Shown: positions 46,681-60,460 of the stretch, piece by piece
How positions within the stretch are numbered: the first letter of the stretch is position 1
Layout: each line of letters begins with the position of its first letter
Source of the DNA: Chrysomallon squamiferum
Lineage: Eukaryota; Animalia; Mollusca
Length of the DNA stretch: 64,000 bases
Assembly (NCBI GenBank): GCA_012295275.1
Contig: CM022677.1
Coordinates: 4,464,001-4,528,000 of the forward strand
Direction: 5' to 3'
Program-made: the position numbers and the translations under genes
Notes under the pieces: generated by a model
Told to the model about the DNA's origin: nothing
Databases searched by the model: none
Seen by the model: only the letters and a program-made list of their open reading frames with translations

Positions 46681-47051
46681 TACTTATGTAAATACTTTTT
46701 TTATTTAAAATGGATGATTTCAGGTTTTAGAAGATCTTTGTATAATAGTCAGATACTAACAAAGATAGTTAATATTAAAGGAATATTTAAGTGAGTGCAT
46801 CTCAGTTAAATTTTAGAAATCTTACATCAGACAGTTTATATTGCAAGGTTTATTATTATTTTTACTAATTTCACTTCAGCTTCTCACAGTGACAATGGGA
46901 GGTCAGATGTCACAAAACACCAAGTAACCATTAGCAACGCACCAAGACAGCTTTCACAAAACTGAGTCAAGATTCATGAGTACTCCAGAACTAAAAAGAT
47001 CAAACTCTTCAAAGTAAGTATTCACTTAATTCACTTTGTTAAGTTTGTAGC

Positions 47052-47375
47052 GATGGATAGACTGGCTCAGTGGTCAGAGTGCATGGCCAAGGTTTGTTGG
47101 GTTCTAGGGTCAGTCCTGTATGGAGGAATAATAACGTTATTTAACAATCTAGCTTGACATCCATGTCTGATATTGCTAAGATCAAGGTATGTGTATAGTT
47201 TTCTGAGGAAAGATGTATATTAAAAACAGATTTTTAGTTTGTTGTTTAAAAAGTGTGTCAGTTCATATTGTAGAATCAGGTTTTCTTTTTTTCAGCTGTT
47301 TTGTTGTTTACTTTTTAAAATGGAAAGGACTAGTAAAAACAAGCTGTGTATGTTCTTAAATAAAATATTTCTTCT
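47052..47375 (+). mobile_element. Highly decayed tRNA-derived SINE
   Basis: A-box-like tggctcagtggtcagagtgc head, about 320 bp length, ttaaataaaatatttcttc tail. Confidence 0.4.
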
Positions 47376-47945
47376 TTATTTCATATTTGTTATATTTTAG
47401 CAACATTTATATTTATCAATAATCAGGTTATAATACTATATTTTTCAAAGATACTGATTTGTGTTTTTTTTATTCAGAATTTACATTTATGTTTTGGTAA
47501 ATCACTTTAGACTATTTTTTAAAATATTTATTTTTAATTATTTATTAATTCAGTGTGTATGTTTATTAGTTTCTGGATATGCATGTATGCAGAATTGAAA
47601 TCTAAGAGCTGAAATATATTTTTGTCTACAAACATTCATTTGTATCAGTAAATGGTATTGATATGCATATATAACAGTAAATAATGTTTAAATAAAAACA
47701 TTAAAGAAATAAATTGTTTGTTTTTCCTTTTTCAGACACACAGCACAAAACAGACAAGTGTTGTTATCTAAACTTCAGAATGGGACACACACAGACAGCA
47801 GAACAGACAGAAAAATTTCTAAAAAAAAACTGGTATGAAAAACACACATTAATTCAGTTAACTATCAATTTACATTCTTCTCAGTTTTTGTGTTGTGTGT
47901 ATTCTCAATACAGAGTAAGAAAAGCAGATTAGTACAAGGATAGTC

Positions 47946-48342
47946 TACAATAATAAGTAAAGTAATTGTAGTATACAAATATACTGATAACTTAGAATAC
48001 AATAATAAGTAAAGTAATTGTAGTATACAAATATACTGATAACTTAGAATACAATAATAAAAGTAATTGTATACAAATATACTGATAACTTAGAATACAA
48101 TAATAAGTAAAGTAAAAGTACAAATATACTGATTGTAGTATACAAATATACTGATAACTACAAGAATACTGATAACTTAGAATACAATAATAAGTAAAGT
48201 AATTGTAGTATACAAATATACTGATAACTTAGAATACAATAATAAGTAAAGTAATTGTAGTATACAAATATACTGATAACTTAGAATACAATAATAAGTA
48301 AAGTTATTGTAGTATACAAATATACTGATAACTTAGAATACT
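47946..48342. repeat. 52-bp minisatellite
   Basis: tacaataataagtaaagtaattgtagtatacaaatatactgataacttagaa, about 7-8 copies. Confidence 0.92.
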
Positions 48343-51300
48343 TCATTATTTCCATTCTTCCATTAGCATTGTTTCAGTCTTGTTTCTGTGTCCACAATCA
48401 TTAAATTTTCTTTATCTTATGATTTATTCTTCTTATTATTATTTGTTTATTTATTTGTTATTCCTTAACTTCTACATTTGTTTTCTATCATAACCTTATT
48501 AATCCATACAAAAAGCTGTTAAACGATACAACAGACTGAGTATTTTTTTTTTTTTTTTTTTTTTTGTTTACACTAATTTACTCAGTCTTTTAGGTTTACT
48601 TTTACAGTTGGTCCATTACAGCATCACATATATTCATTAAGTTCAACTTTTATAAGTAAAATTAGACAATTTTATCATCCATTAGTTTAAAGCATGTTTA
48701 TCATTTCTTCATTCAGTCACATCTGTTTTCATCATCTATATTAAACTTTATTTTTTAACTTTAACAAATTCTTGTTTTTTGTTTCTTTTGTTTTAGCATT
48801 TTATCTTTATTATTATTATTATTTTTATTATTATTAGTAGTAGTATCATCATCATCATCATTATCATCAATCATCATCATTATCATTATTATTATTAATG
48901 TTTACACTTATTTTCTATCATAATATCATTAATCCACACAAAACTCTCTAATAAGACTGAGTATTTCAGCATTTTACACTAATTTACTCAGTCTGTGACG
49001 ATTTCTTTTACATTTCTCATATTTTCTGATCATACAGAAAAATTAAAATAAAAAATGAAACAAAATGTCATCATTTTAATCCTCTTCATCATCATCCTTA
49101 TTATTATCACATTATTACAGGACTGTAATATCGTAAATTATCTTTTCAGTTAAATTTTATTTTAATCTTTATTTGTAGGTTGTGTTTTGGTTAAATTAGC
49201 TTGCTCACCTGGTTATTAATTTTCATGTTTTAAAATCTCTGCTAATTATTATTGTCTAAACTAAATGAAGCCATTGCTTAATTAAATGTAGCAGAAATAT
49301 TGAAATCTGTTTTTCTTAGATCTTTAAGCTTTAGCAGGAATTATTCTTTCATTATATTTGATTTTCTTATTACTGTTTGTTTTTAAAAGACATACATAGT
49401 TTTTATAAGTGATTTGTTTTTTGTTTATTTTTATTTTATTCAAATTGCAACGTAAAGTTTTAAGTTTTTATAAGAGAATTATCTTTCTGATCTGATCTAA
49501 TTGATAGATAATTGTTATTTATTGTTAGAAAGTTGTAGAAATATCTGAGAGGGGAAGTTGCAGAGTTAAATCTATCAAGTAGGTGTGAGTGTCTATGACT
49601 GTATTAGTTTTATGTTGTTGTTATTACTGAAAAACAAAATCAGCATTAGTTACTTCAGAATTTTATATGTAATGTAATTATATTTGTTTTACTTTTTATA
49701 CATTATTGCCATTTAATACAATATTATTTATCTGTTTATTGATTTATGGTGTATTTAAAGATATTTTTATTGATCAACTTATTTATTTATTTATTTGTTT
49801 ATTTATTGATTTATTTATTTGCTTGTTTGTTTGTTTATCTAGGAGCTGGCTGAGTCTGATGTTAAACACTTTGTAATTCTGTTCTGTGACGGAGGATGTC
49901 AGTACAAGGCTTTGTGTTCTTTCACAGCAGAAACTAATGAATTATAAAAATTTGTTGTGTAGGACCTGAAGAAATACCCAATAAAATGATTCATAGGTTT
50001 GTAAGTAAGTACATATTACATATTTCATATCTGTCATACTAGATATTACCTCAAATACAGTCTTGATAAGAAAGTGTATTTTTATGTTATTTTAAATCTG
50101 TCTTCATCTTTATAAATTTGTACATTCCTCAACATGCAGCTCATTAATATAATGTAAATTAAATGTTTTTGCAAATGATGTTTTTACTAGTTAGTTATTT
50201 ATTATTTATTAATTTTTTATTTTTTTTAATATAAATTGAAAATAATTTTAGTAAATTTCTATACTGACCAAGTGAAATGTAGGTGTTTTTTTTAACAAGA
50301 TTTAAATATTTGTGCATGTCAATAAAACATAGGGTATAGTCTATAACAAAATGTTAATCAATATACTTTAGTGGAGTGACTCAACAGCGACAATAAACAA
50401 ATTTATCAATATATAATTTCTTATACTTTAGTTTAAGTTTCTTTTATTTTACGTTTTCTTCTTTTTTTCTTGGTTTTTTTGATAATTTATTAATTATCTC
50501 ACTGAAATTAAGATTAAAATATTTCACCGAAAAACTTTTTAAAGAATGTTTCTGTGATAAGAAATTATTTAATACTAATAAGTTATTGTTTTATTTATTA
50601 ATTATCATGTAATAAATTAATTAATATTATTTTATTTTTCTTACAGATATAAATCTGGGGCTAAAAGTTTCACTGACATCAAGCAAACATTTATCTGTGT
50701 CCATTGATGCTGTTGTTATTAATAATTCTCTCTGGAAGACTGGGAAACCACAGCAACGTCAAAGAAAGTGCATTAGGAAGATGTAGATCTCACAACACAC
50801 ATGACCATCGTCCTGACATCATCAGCAGCTACAGCAGTTGACTCTTTACATCGTTGTCAAGTTTACAGTTCTTCGTGACAAATGTTTTATAAATGTATAT
50901 ATATTTGTTTATTATTTTATTTATCTTTTTTATTTTATTTTCTGCAGTGGACAATATTCTATTTGTTTTTCTGACTTTAATATCTTTTTCATGAGAGTTT
51001 TTCTTTCACTTTTTGTAGTAGTTTGTCAGTGACAGAAATTGGATATTACAATTGTTTACATAGTCTTTCAAAATGTCTAAATATCTGAAGAAATAGTTAC
51101 AGTTAAACAAAGTTTGTTTTGTGAATTTTTTTATATTATCTTTTTCTTTAGCCATGAATAAAGCAAACAAAAAGATATATTAGAAAAATTATATTCATTT
51201 TAGACACAATATAAAACAATAAATATTGCTTAAATATTTCCCAATTAGTGTTTGATTAATTATATATAAATGTCATTTGATTTACCTTCTACTTCCAATT

Positions 51301-51383
51301 AGTGTTTGATTAATTATATATAAATGTCATTTGATTTACCTTACTACTCCCAGTCTATCAGCTTCTCTCACTCTTTCTGCATG

Positions 51384-51417
<34 letters not shown>

Positions 51418-51531
51418 ATCTGCCTAGTTCTAGTAACTAAATATCTCTGTCTGTCTCTGTGTCTGATTGTCTACATTACCAACCTACCTATCTACCCAGT
51501 GACTACCAGTCTCTAAATAATGTTACTTCCT

Positions 51532-52035
51532 AAATAAATGTATCTATGTACCTCTGTATTCTTTTGTTTTATATTTGTCTGTCTTTCTGAATAAATGTAT
51601 CTATGTACCTCTTCTTTTGTTTTATATTTGTCTGTCTTTCTGAATAAATGTAATAAATGTATGAATAAATGTATCTATGTACCTCTGTATTCTTTTGTTT
51701 TATATTTGTCTGTCTTTCTGAATAAATGTATCTATGTACCTCTGTATTCTTTTGTTTTATATTTGTCTGTCTTTCTGAATAAATGTATCTATGTACCTCT
51801 GTATTCTTTTGTTTTATTTTCTGTCTTTTAAATCTATCTGTATTCTTTTTTGTTTTATATTTGTTTTATATTTGTCTGTCTTTGAATAAATGTATCTATG
51901 TACCTCTGTATTATTTTGTTTTTATTTTTGTCTTTTGAATATATCTATGTTCTGTATTCTTTTTGTTTTATATTTTCTGTCTGTCTAATAAAATGTATCT
52001 ATGTCTCTGTATTCTCTGTATTTTTGTTTTTATTT
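51532..52035. repeat. 57-bp minisatellite
   Basis: aataaatgtatctatgtacctctgtattcttttgttttatatttgtctgtctttctg, degenerating rightwards. Confidence 0.92.
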
Positions 52036-52264
52036 GTAGCTTTCTAGCTTTCTGTCTAGTCTCTGTCTATAGTCTATCTGTCTATCTATATAATATACCT
52101 ATGTGTCTATCTATGGATATATATGTCTAAACATATAATCTGTAAATATCTGTTTTGGCAATTTTTTCTGTAAATATTTCTCCCAACTGTAACATTGTTC
52201 TTTAACACTAACAATGATTATTATGAACAATTAAAAAAATGTGTTTATTGTTGTCTATGCTAAG

Positions 52265-52956
52265 ATATTTGGACAACCATTCATAGTGTCAAGAATTAAC
52301 ATACGAGTAGATGATGTTAAAAGTACAGAACTGGAGGCAAAAGTCAGGTATAGTGATGATGTCAGTCTTTTTGTTTCTCTCTTACTATCTCTAATTTTCT
52401 CCTTGCATCTCTGATTCTCTCTTTCCCATTGTTTGTTTCTTTCACTGTCTTTCCCTGTTCATAAAGTGTATATGTATAATTATGATACTTAGGTGTGTCT
52501 GTTGATTTTTGCTTTGATGGAAGGAAAACATAAAAAAAAATGTAAAAACAATTAATGGTAATTGATAAAACAAATTTTAAAATTTACAAAGAAGTCCTTT
52601 CATTTGTAATTATATATATTGATATCATCTGCTTACAAAATTTTGTCATTTCTTTTTTTAAAATGGACAGGAATGAAAGCTCATCTTTAAATAACTTTTT
52701 TTATCAAACTATACGAATAAAGGAATGAATGTTTAAGGACACCCCAGCATGAAAAATATATCAGCTACTGGGTGACAAACAAAGGTAAATACAACAATAC
52801 AAATCTATACCTGATTACATTAATATTAAATATTGAAATGTTTTTCTCAGACAAGAAGTGGAGAAGAGGATGAGCTAATTGTGCAGAACACAGAGGAGTC
52901 ATGGAAACGTCACACTTACAGATTAGCTCACCCCGTGTACACTGAAGTAGAACTTG
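52265..52956 (+). pseudogene. Unidentified two-exon fragment (52265-52347, 52851-52956)
   Basis: AG/GT-bounded blocks; the spliced reading is IFGQPFIVSRINIRVDDVKSTELEAKVRQEVEKRMS*LCRTQ. Confidence 0.4.
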
Positions 52957-53604
52957 GTGAAAGTGATTGTGTAGTTTATCTGATGATAGAAAATTGTTTT
53001 CAATTACAGTTCTATCAGGTACATTCTGAGAGAATAGTATTTTTTCTCTTTTCCAGTTTGTATTAGGATAAAATAATATTAGTATTTTCTGACATATTTT
53101 CTTTTGTCCCATTTGTCTGGGGATAAAGTGATACTGTTAAGTTCATATCCCGTTTTTTCCCAATTACAGAGGTTAAGTTTTCTATGCCATTCTGTATTTT
53201 CTGATATAGATAATGTCAATTCTACTTCATAGAAAATGATTTTAAAAATGCTCTATAGAAAATGTTCTGATACAAAGAATGATAATTTCAACCATGACAT
53301 TGCCTCTATCAAGTGTTCTGATATAGAAAATAATACTTTATACCATCCTGTTTGTATGATTTTTTTAATGCTCTATTCAACATTTTCTGTTATACAGAAT
53401 ACCATGATAAAATACACTGTTAATTCGCTCATACTGATACTAATATTTATGTTTGGATAAAATATAAGGACCAAAGTTTATAAAGGAAATCATATTTTTA
53501 TTAGATTTTTGTTTTCAGAGTGTTATCTTTGTTGTTTTCATTGAAGTGTTTTTATAAGAAGTGTTTTTGATAATATCAGTTATTATTTATTTAATTTATG
53601 TTCT

Positions 53605-54076
53605 GGGTCATTCCATGTCAAGTCACACCAAAAAAACAAAAATTTAAACCCGACTGTCTCAGATTTTTATGAAACTTGGTATACTTGTTTTTTAAATCTA
53701 TATTGTGGCTAAACAAAAAATATTACACCCAGGAAACTTTTATATGTTTTAGAAAACATGTGGGAGATTAAATTTCAATAAAGGTTATCTCAAGGTCACG
53801 TGATCCACATGATCAATTTCGAGGTCATAGCAAAGGTCAAAAGGTCAATGTACTACAGATTTGGAATCCTTGTCATATTGTCTTTTCAACAATACCAATT
53901 TTATGAAGATTGGCCCAGTTGTTCCTGAGATATGAGGGTTCTAAGGTTGGTGGTCACGCCCATTTTTGCCACTGATCCGATTGGGCTACAGATTTGGTTC
54001 TGTGGGATCCCAGTCAACAAGTTTCATCTGAGACGGTCCGGTTTAACCCATTGGGTGATTTGACACGGAATGACCC
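53605..54076. mobile_element. Non-autonomous DNA transposon (MITE), Sola2-like
   Basis: TIRs gggtcattccatgtcaagtcac and gtgatttgacacggaatgaccc (20/22 match), further imperfect internal inverted matches, and a 4-bp TSD TTCT on both sides. GRG...CYC ends with a 4-bp TSD fit Sola2. Confidence 0.85.
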
Positions 54077-54758
54077 TTCTGCACTGTATGTATGGGGATG
54101 TATGTCAGTATGTATGTTGGTATGTTTCTGCATATATATGTGCCTGTGTGTGTGTGTGTGTGTATATATGTCAGTATGTATGTTGGTATGTCTGTGTGGA
54201 TGGGTGGGTGTTGCCTAAGTGAATGTGTGTCTGTGTTTGTGTTGTAATGTTTGTATATGTGATATTTCAGTGTTTATTTTGTGTCTTGTATGTATGTGTA
54301 CTTGAGTGCATGAATTTATGTTCCTGCATATATATGCATCAAATAGAAAATAAACTCAGCAAATAAAGCATAAAATCTATTTATTTAGCAGAATTTAAGT
54401 AACAGATGTAGTTAAATTATATAATCTTTTTACATTTGTTTATAAAGCACATATAATTTGACAGTACCAGTATTATGTTTTTTACAGGCATTTCTAATTA
54501 ATTGTTTTATTTGTTACAATTTTGCTGTTGAATTTGATTTTTTAATTCATTGTTACTGTTTCTTGGTAAATAAAAAAGAAATATAAAATTGTTTTCAGGG
54601 TGTTTATTATTATTGATATAGTTTTTAATTTCGGTAGGAAATTGTATTTGCTTTCTTTCTTTATTTCATATGTTTTAATAATTTAAAGTTAGTTTGCCAG
54701 AAGTTTTATCAAAAGAGTTATTTCCCTTATGAAAATTATTATCCATGGTCAGTTGCTC

Positions 54759-54796
<38 letters not shown>

Positions 54797-55092
54797 TACT
54801 GATTATGATAACTAACAAACAAATAAATAAATAGTATTAATTGGTAATACTAAAGAGGTTTATTTCTGATTAAAATAAATAATGTAAATTGTTTTGTTTT
54901 TTTAAATTACATATTGGGCTGTTCATTTAAAAGAAAACTGGAATGATATGTAAACTTTGTGATAAATGTACAAAATTGAGTCCAAGAATTTTTGAAATTG
55001 TAAATAATAGTTACTAGAAAAGTTATATTTATTCTTGAATATTAATCAAAAGGAAACAAAGGAATATATATATGTATATATGTATGTATGTA

Positions 55093-55154
<62 letters not shown>

Positions 55155-55563
55155 CATACATATACATATACATATAGATATAAGTAGAAGTAAATACAAT
55201 TTTTTCAGTCAACGAAATGATAAGGATTATCAGTGAACAAGTTAAAATAAATTTTCAGTGGAATAGTAAGTGTTATCAAATAATGTTATTAAGTATATAA
55301 ATTTCTACAGAGTTTATAATATATATTTATTAGTATAGAACACCTAATGTGTTGTATATCAGTTATTTAGAAAATTCTATTAAACTGTATTTATTACTAA
55401 TTTCATCTCATGCAAATCAAACAATATTAATTTAAATACAAAAGTAATAATAATTGTGTAAATTATCAGTTTATGTTTTTTTGAATTAAAATAGAATGAT
55501 TCAGTTTTCTTTGTGTATTTATTTATTTATTTATTTTATTATTATTATTATTATTATTATTTA

Positions 55564-57946
55564 CTCTGTCTGGACAGGGAAGACTGTGATGTAATTGCAT
55601 TCTGGTGCTTTAGTTAACCTTTTCTGAAAATGGGTCTTACAGCACGTTCGACTGAACTGTTGTCCGGGATCCTACAACAAAATTAATATTTATGAATAAA
55701 CTAAACATAAAATAAAGTGTAAGTATGTCAGCTCTAACTGCATTTCACTGTCTTAGCAAGAAGAGTTTTAGTCCACATTTTTATTTTTTCCACACAATTT
55801 TAATAATAAAAATAATTTATTAAATCTTTTTATATTCTTAATTTCAATCAGTTTAATATTATTTTTTAACTTTGATATAAAAGGATTAAAATAGCAATAC
55901 ACCAGAAAAAGAGATTATTAAGTAAATAATCATTTTAAACCTATGTAGCTATCACAGTAGACAGTAAGACAATCTTCCAATACTAGTTCAACTTGAAATA
56001 CTAACATGATGAAATAACATTTGAAATTATTCTGACAATCATTAATTGACCTTTAACAACCTTTATAGTTACATTATTAATCACAAATTATTTGATTAAT
56101 TAAAACATCTTTCCTGCCTCTTTAATATAATTTAATTTTTGCCACTAATGAAATATATTTTTATTATAAATACATCACAATTATCCTATGCATTCAGTTA
56201 ATAGTTACAACAATGAATTCTTTACGTCTATTTTAAAATGTATTTAAAACACAGAAACATTATACATGCAAAAATAACAAATAACAAAATAAGCAAAACC
56301 TAAATCTTTCAAGCCAATTTATGGTATGCATCTGTACGACTTTCAAATCAACCAAAATTCCAACTGTATACCAAATTTCAAACTATTGTAAATATCTTTC
56401 ACCCTACCACATGAAGTATTAAATGTATGTGTTTCAAATTAGAGTGAGATATTAATAAAATCAAATTACAAATTTATACAAATGTTTCCATTCACTAATC
56501 TATTAGGCTGGCACACAAATTATTATAAGATTTACATTGATTCTGTACTATTAAATTTCAATGCATCATTTTTCCAAAAACACAAATGTGTTATATTTTT
56601 ATTCAGTACAAGAAAAAAATATTTTGCATAGAATTTTGTGAAAGACTGAAGAAATATTTAAAACTGAAATAAAATGGAAATACTGTATTTAAATACCTGC
56701 TGGACAGCACCAAATACGTCCACTCTACTGGAGACTCTAGCTGTTCATCAGCAGAACTTTGACACAACTCTGAGTTGATGTTGACCTTGGACGAGAGAGT
56801 GGACGACTCACTGGTCAGAGTCTAATTGGTGGGTACACTGCTGTGACTGAGTAAATAAATAAAATACTGCTACTACTACATTTACTACAACACTACTAAT
56901 CTACTTTTATTACCATCATTACTATAACTAATATTTACTATTACTCCTTATTCAACTACGGTTACTGTTATTGAAATAATACTCCTATTACTAAAATTAC
57001 TATCCATTAATAATAATAGTGATATTTTTTACTGTCTTCACTATTAGTCCTATGCCTGTATTTCTTTAGACTAATATTATTATAATTACTACAACAACAC
57101 CAACTATGACTACTATTACTACTATTGCTGCTGTTACTCAACTCTTCTTGTTACATTTATCATAACGATTTCTCTAAACACAACTACTATTAGCAGCGCT
57201 ACTACTACTACCACCACCACTACAACCAGTAATTTGACCACAACCAGTCTATTTTAATCACCATGAGTCTCACAAGATACATTACTATGGAGACAGCATC
57301 ATCAGCTAAACATCACCAAGATGAATTTTACATCATTACTACAAGTAGTAGTATTATTAATGCTACAAGTACTAAGGCTGTAACAACTACATTACTACAA
57401 CAATGGCAATGACTAATACTACTACTATAACAACAACCTCTACAGATGCTCCTTTCTGCCATATTCTTTGATGACATTTCTCTCTTGTGGTGAGCTCCCA
57501 GAATTAGTTCTTCTTGTGTACATAGCACTTTATTTACCTTTTTAGTTATGTATGATTCTGTCTGTCAGAGAGAGAGAGAGAACATGAAACATTAACATAT
57601 CCTATTCAAAACCAAAACAGAAACCCAGACCTAATATTATAATATGAATTATGTTGATTAACTAGATATTAAGATTCATATATTTAAAAGCTATTATAAG
57701 CCTATAACCTGATTCATTATTTTTGTAAACAAAATTGTGATTATTAAACACACCATGAAAATTGAGAGACCTCTGAACAATAGAAACTACAGACAACAGC
57801 TACTGTACATCCATCTTCAATGTATTTTAATATGTCTGTCATTACAGGAATAGTGACAAGAAAGTTAAACATTTTAAATTACTCTGTTTTAAAATATAGA
57901 CAACAAACTAATCAGGTCTATATAAATGGAAGTGTATGTCATCTGC

Positions 57947-58041
<95 letters not shown>

Positions 58042-58565
58042 GGGAGAGACATGTAACATGATATAAAATGCAGTGTATGATACAAGATTCTAATGTATGT
58101 GCATGTGTACTTATTGCTATATTAGTTACAAAATGCAACTTCCTACATTAAATCAAATTAAACTTAATTAGGTTTAGAATAATAAGAAAACAAACTCAAA
58201 ATACAAATAAAATAATAAAAACAATAAAGTTTTATAAATAAATAATTAATGTTTCTGTTATTACTTGCTAAGAAATAAAAATAAGATAAAAACTCACAAC
58301 TTGGAATTGGGAAGTCTGCAGTTTCTGTACAGCTGATTCATCCTTCTCCATAACGTAAATTCCCTTTCTAGACAGCAACTGAACAATACTGCAATGAGCT
58401 ACATAAAATATTTAACATCAATGGTAAACAAAGTTTTCAGAAATTTCAACAAATACATGATTTTTTTTTTTGATTTTTTTTTTATCAATCTACATTTGTC
58501 TGATAAATGCAATTTTGTTTGCTTATTATCATTCAAGCAATATATCTCACACACTGTCACACACA

Positions 58566-58609
<44 letters not shown>

Positions 58610-59907
58610 AACTAATAAAAACATACCCTGCCACTGTTGAGAGGTTTCTGAAAACATTCTAACACAGGCCTGACACATCACTTGACACCAGACTGTTGAT
58701 TCATATCATCAATAGTCTCTTGTATCCATTCTCTGGAAAATGGCCTGGATTTTTGTGATGCTGAAGTAGGGGACAGGGACCTGGGTGCACTGGTCCCACT
58801 CTGAATCAGGTACAGGACTTGCCCGGTTACTTGAATGTGGTGAGACGTCACCTGCTGCTCAACTTCCTGACTGTTGTCTTTCCCACCGTCACACACAGTC
58901 ATCTACCAAGTTTTGTTTGCACAGCAGATGAAGTCTTTTTACCAGCATCAGCTTGTTTTCACAAAACTGCCCTTTTCTTCTTGTTCCTGTCCATGCTGAA
59001 TGTAAACTATCATATTATAGTATTCCAGCAGCACTTGCACTCTACAGAGTGGTTCTGGTCAATGATTGTGTAGCTGGATGAGAAATTTATAAAATGTTTC
59101 ACCCTCATCTGATTTTTCATAGAAACATTCTTTAAATTCATTTGGAATATTTTCTCCTTACACTTTCTGCAATATCAATGCCAATGATGATTTTAATTTG
59201 TCCTGGAAAACATCAAAAATAAATAAATATTAGTAATGATATGAATAATACTGATAAAGACCTTATACATTCATAGGTTTATACTGTATGAGTTCAACAT
59301 GTTGTAATACATATGGGTGTGATGAAGCAATTAATGTCAACCAGGTATATTATCTGTAAATAGTTTTGAAGTAAATAGTTTTGGATGTCGTAGTTTTAGT
59401 CATATTATCAGCACAAGACACCTATTTCAAAAAAGAATCATTTTAGTAGTGTTTTGTGAATTGAGACTGTACAGTGTATTAATATCTTTTGTGATTATGA
59501 TTACAAATTATGTGTGTGTGTGTGTGTGTGTGTTAAATATTATTATAACAAATAATTTTATTAATATTTTACAGTGTCTACATATGAAATAACCTGGTCA
59601 TGTTTTTCTTAAATTTTTATTCATCTTTATAAGTTTTTAACGTTAACTTTAAGCTATACAGATATTTAGCTTTAATAATATGAAAGAATTTAGGGCCCCA
59701 CCCATTATAAACTTTAATATGGTTAAAAAAATAATTTAAATATGTTTAATAATGGATAAAGCAAGTCAGCAATTTAATTAAATTTAAAAAAAAAAATTGG
59801 AAATAAACTGACAGAAAACAACCTACCAAACAAAATCAGAATATTTTCTTATAATAGTTTTATCTGTATATTAAAAAAAAAAAATTTAAAAGTAAATAAA
59901 TAAATGA

Positions 59908-59964
<57 letters not shown>

Positions 59965-60460
59965 AAAAATAAATAAATAAATAATAATTGTGAGTTGACA
60001 CATGTGTGGTGTTTACTTTGGTGGTGCTACACATGTCAATTTCTTTTAAAACAAATTTAATTACTGGCCACACAAAATTAAGACTAAACATTTCTTGTTT
60101 ATGCTGTTCACATTAGTACAAACACTGGTGAATTTTGTTATTAATCGAGTAATAAACAAATAATAAAAAATAATAATAAAATAAATAATAAATAAATAAA
60201 TATTTTTCCTTAATAAAAAACAATAATAATAATAAAATAAATAAATAAATAAATAAATATTATTCCGGAATAAGATGGCTGCCATCAGGTGGCTGTGACG
60301 TTTAAATTATACTTAAATCAAATAAAAAAAATCCAAACTCATTAACAACTACAATAATAAATAGTACTACCTGTCTGCTTCACAAAGTGAAATACTTTAA
60401 GCAACTTTCTTGTTGCACGATAATGCAATTACACCAATTCTGTAGAAGATTCTTCTAACG
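55564..60460 (-). pseudogene. CAMSAP1: CAMSAP/Patronin N-terminal part: exons 59103-59202, 58627-58732, 58298-58378; further exon-like blocks 56697-56846 and 55564-55671; possible first exon ending near 60371
   Basis: KLKSSLALILQKV*GENIPNEFKECFYEKSDE, INSLVSSD..CQAC and LLSRKGIYVMEKDESAV match CAMSAP1 (NIPEDLRDPFY; LLSSELYC; ALSRKGIYVMESDDTPV). Confidence 0.8.

Larger units (their letters stand above)
46880..50780 (+). pseudogene. CAMSAP1: CAMSAP/Patronin C-terminal part: CKK exons 49843-50004 and 50647-50778; exon-like blocks 46880-47013 and 47736-47832 tentatively included
   Basis: ELAESDVKHFVILFCDGGCQYKALCSFTAETNEL*...GPEEIPNKMIHRF and YKSGAKSFT...SKHLSVSIDAVVINNSLWKT match the CKK domain (FLILFRDSGCQFRSLY...SVDAITIHSHLWQ). 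Stops and frameshifts present. Confidence 0.85.

Noticed and set aside
44002-46708. 300-750 aa ORFs
   Set aside because: Translation through the 21-bp repeat, the N gap and the 372-bp satellite
47052-47125. tRNA gene
   Set aside because: No cloverleaf or B-box; better explained as a decayed SINE head
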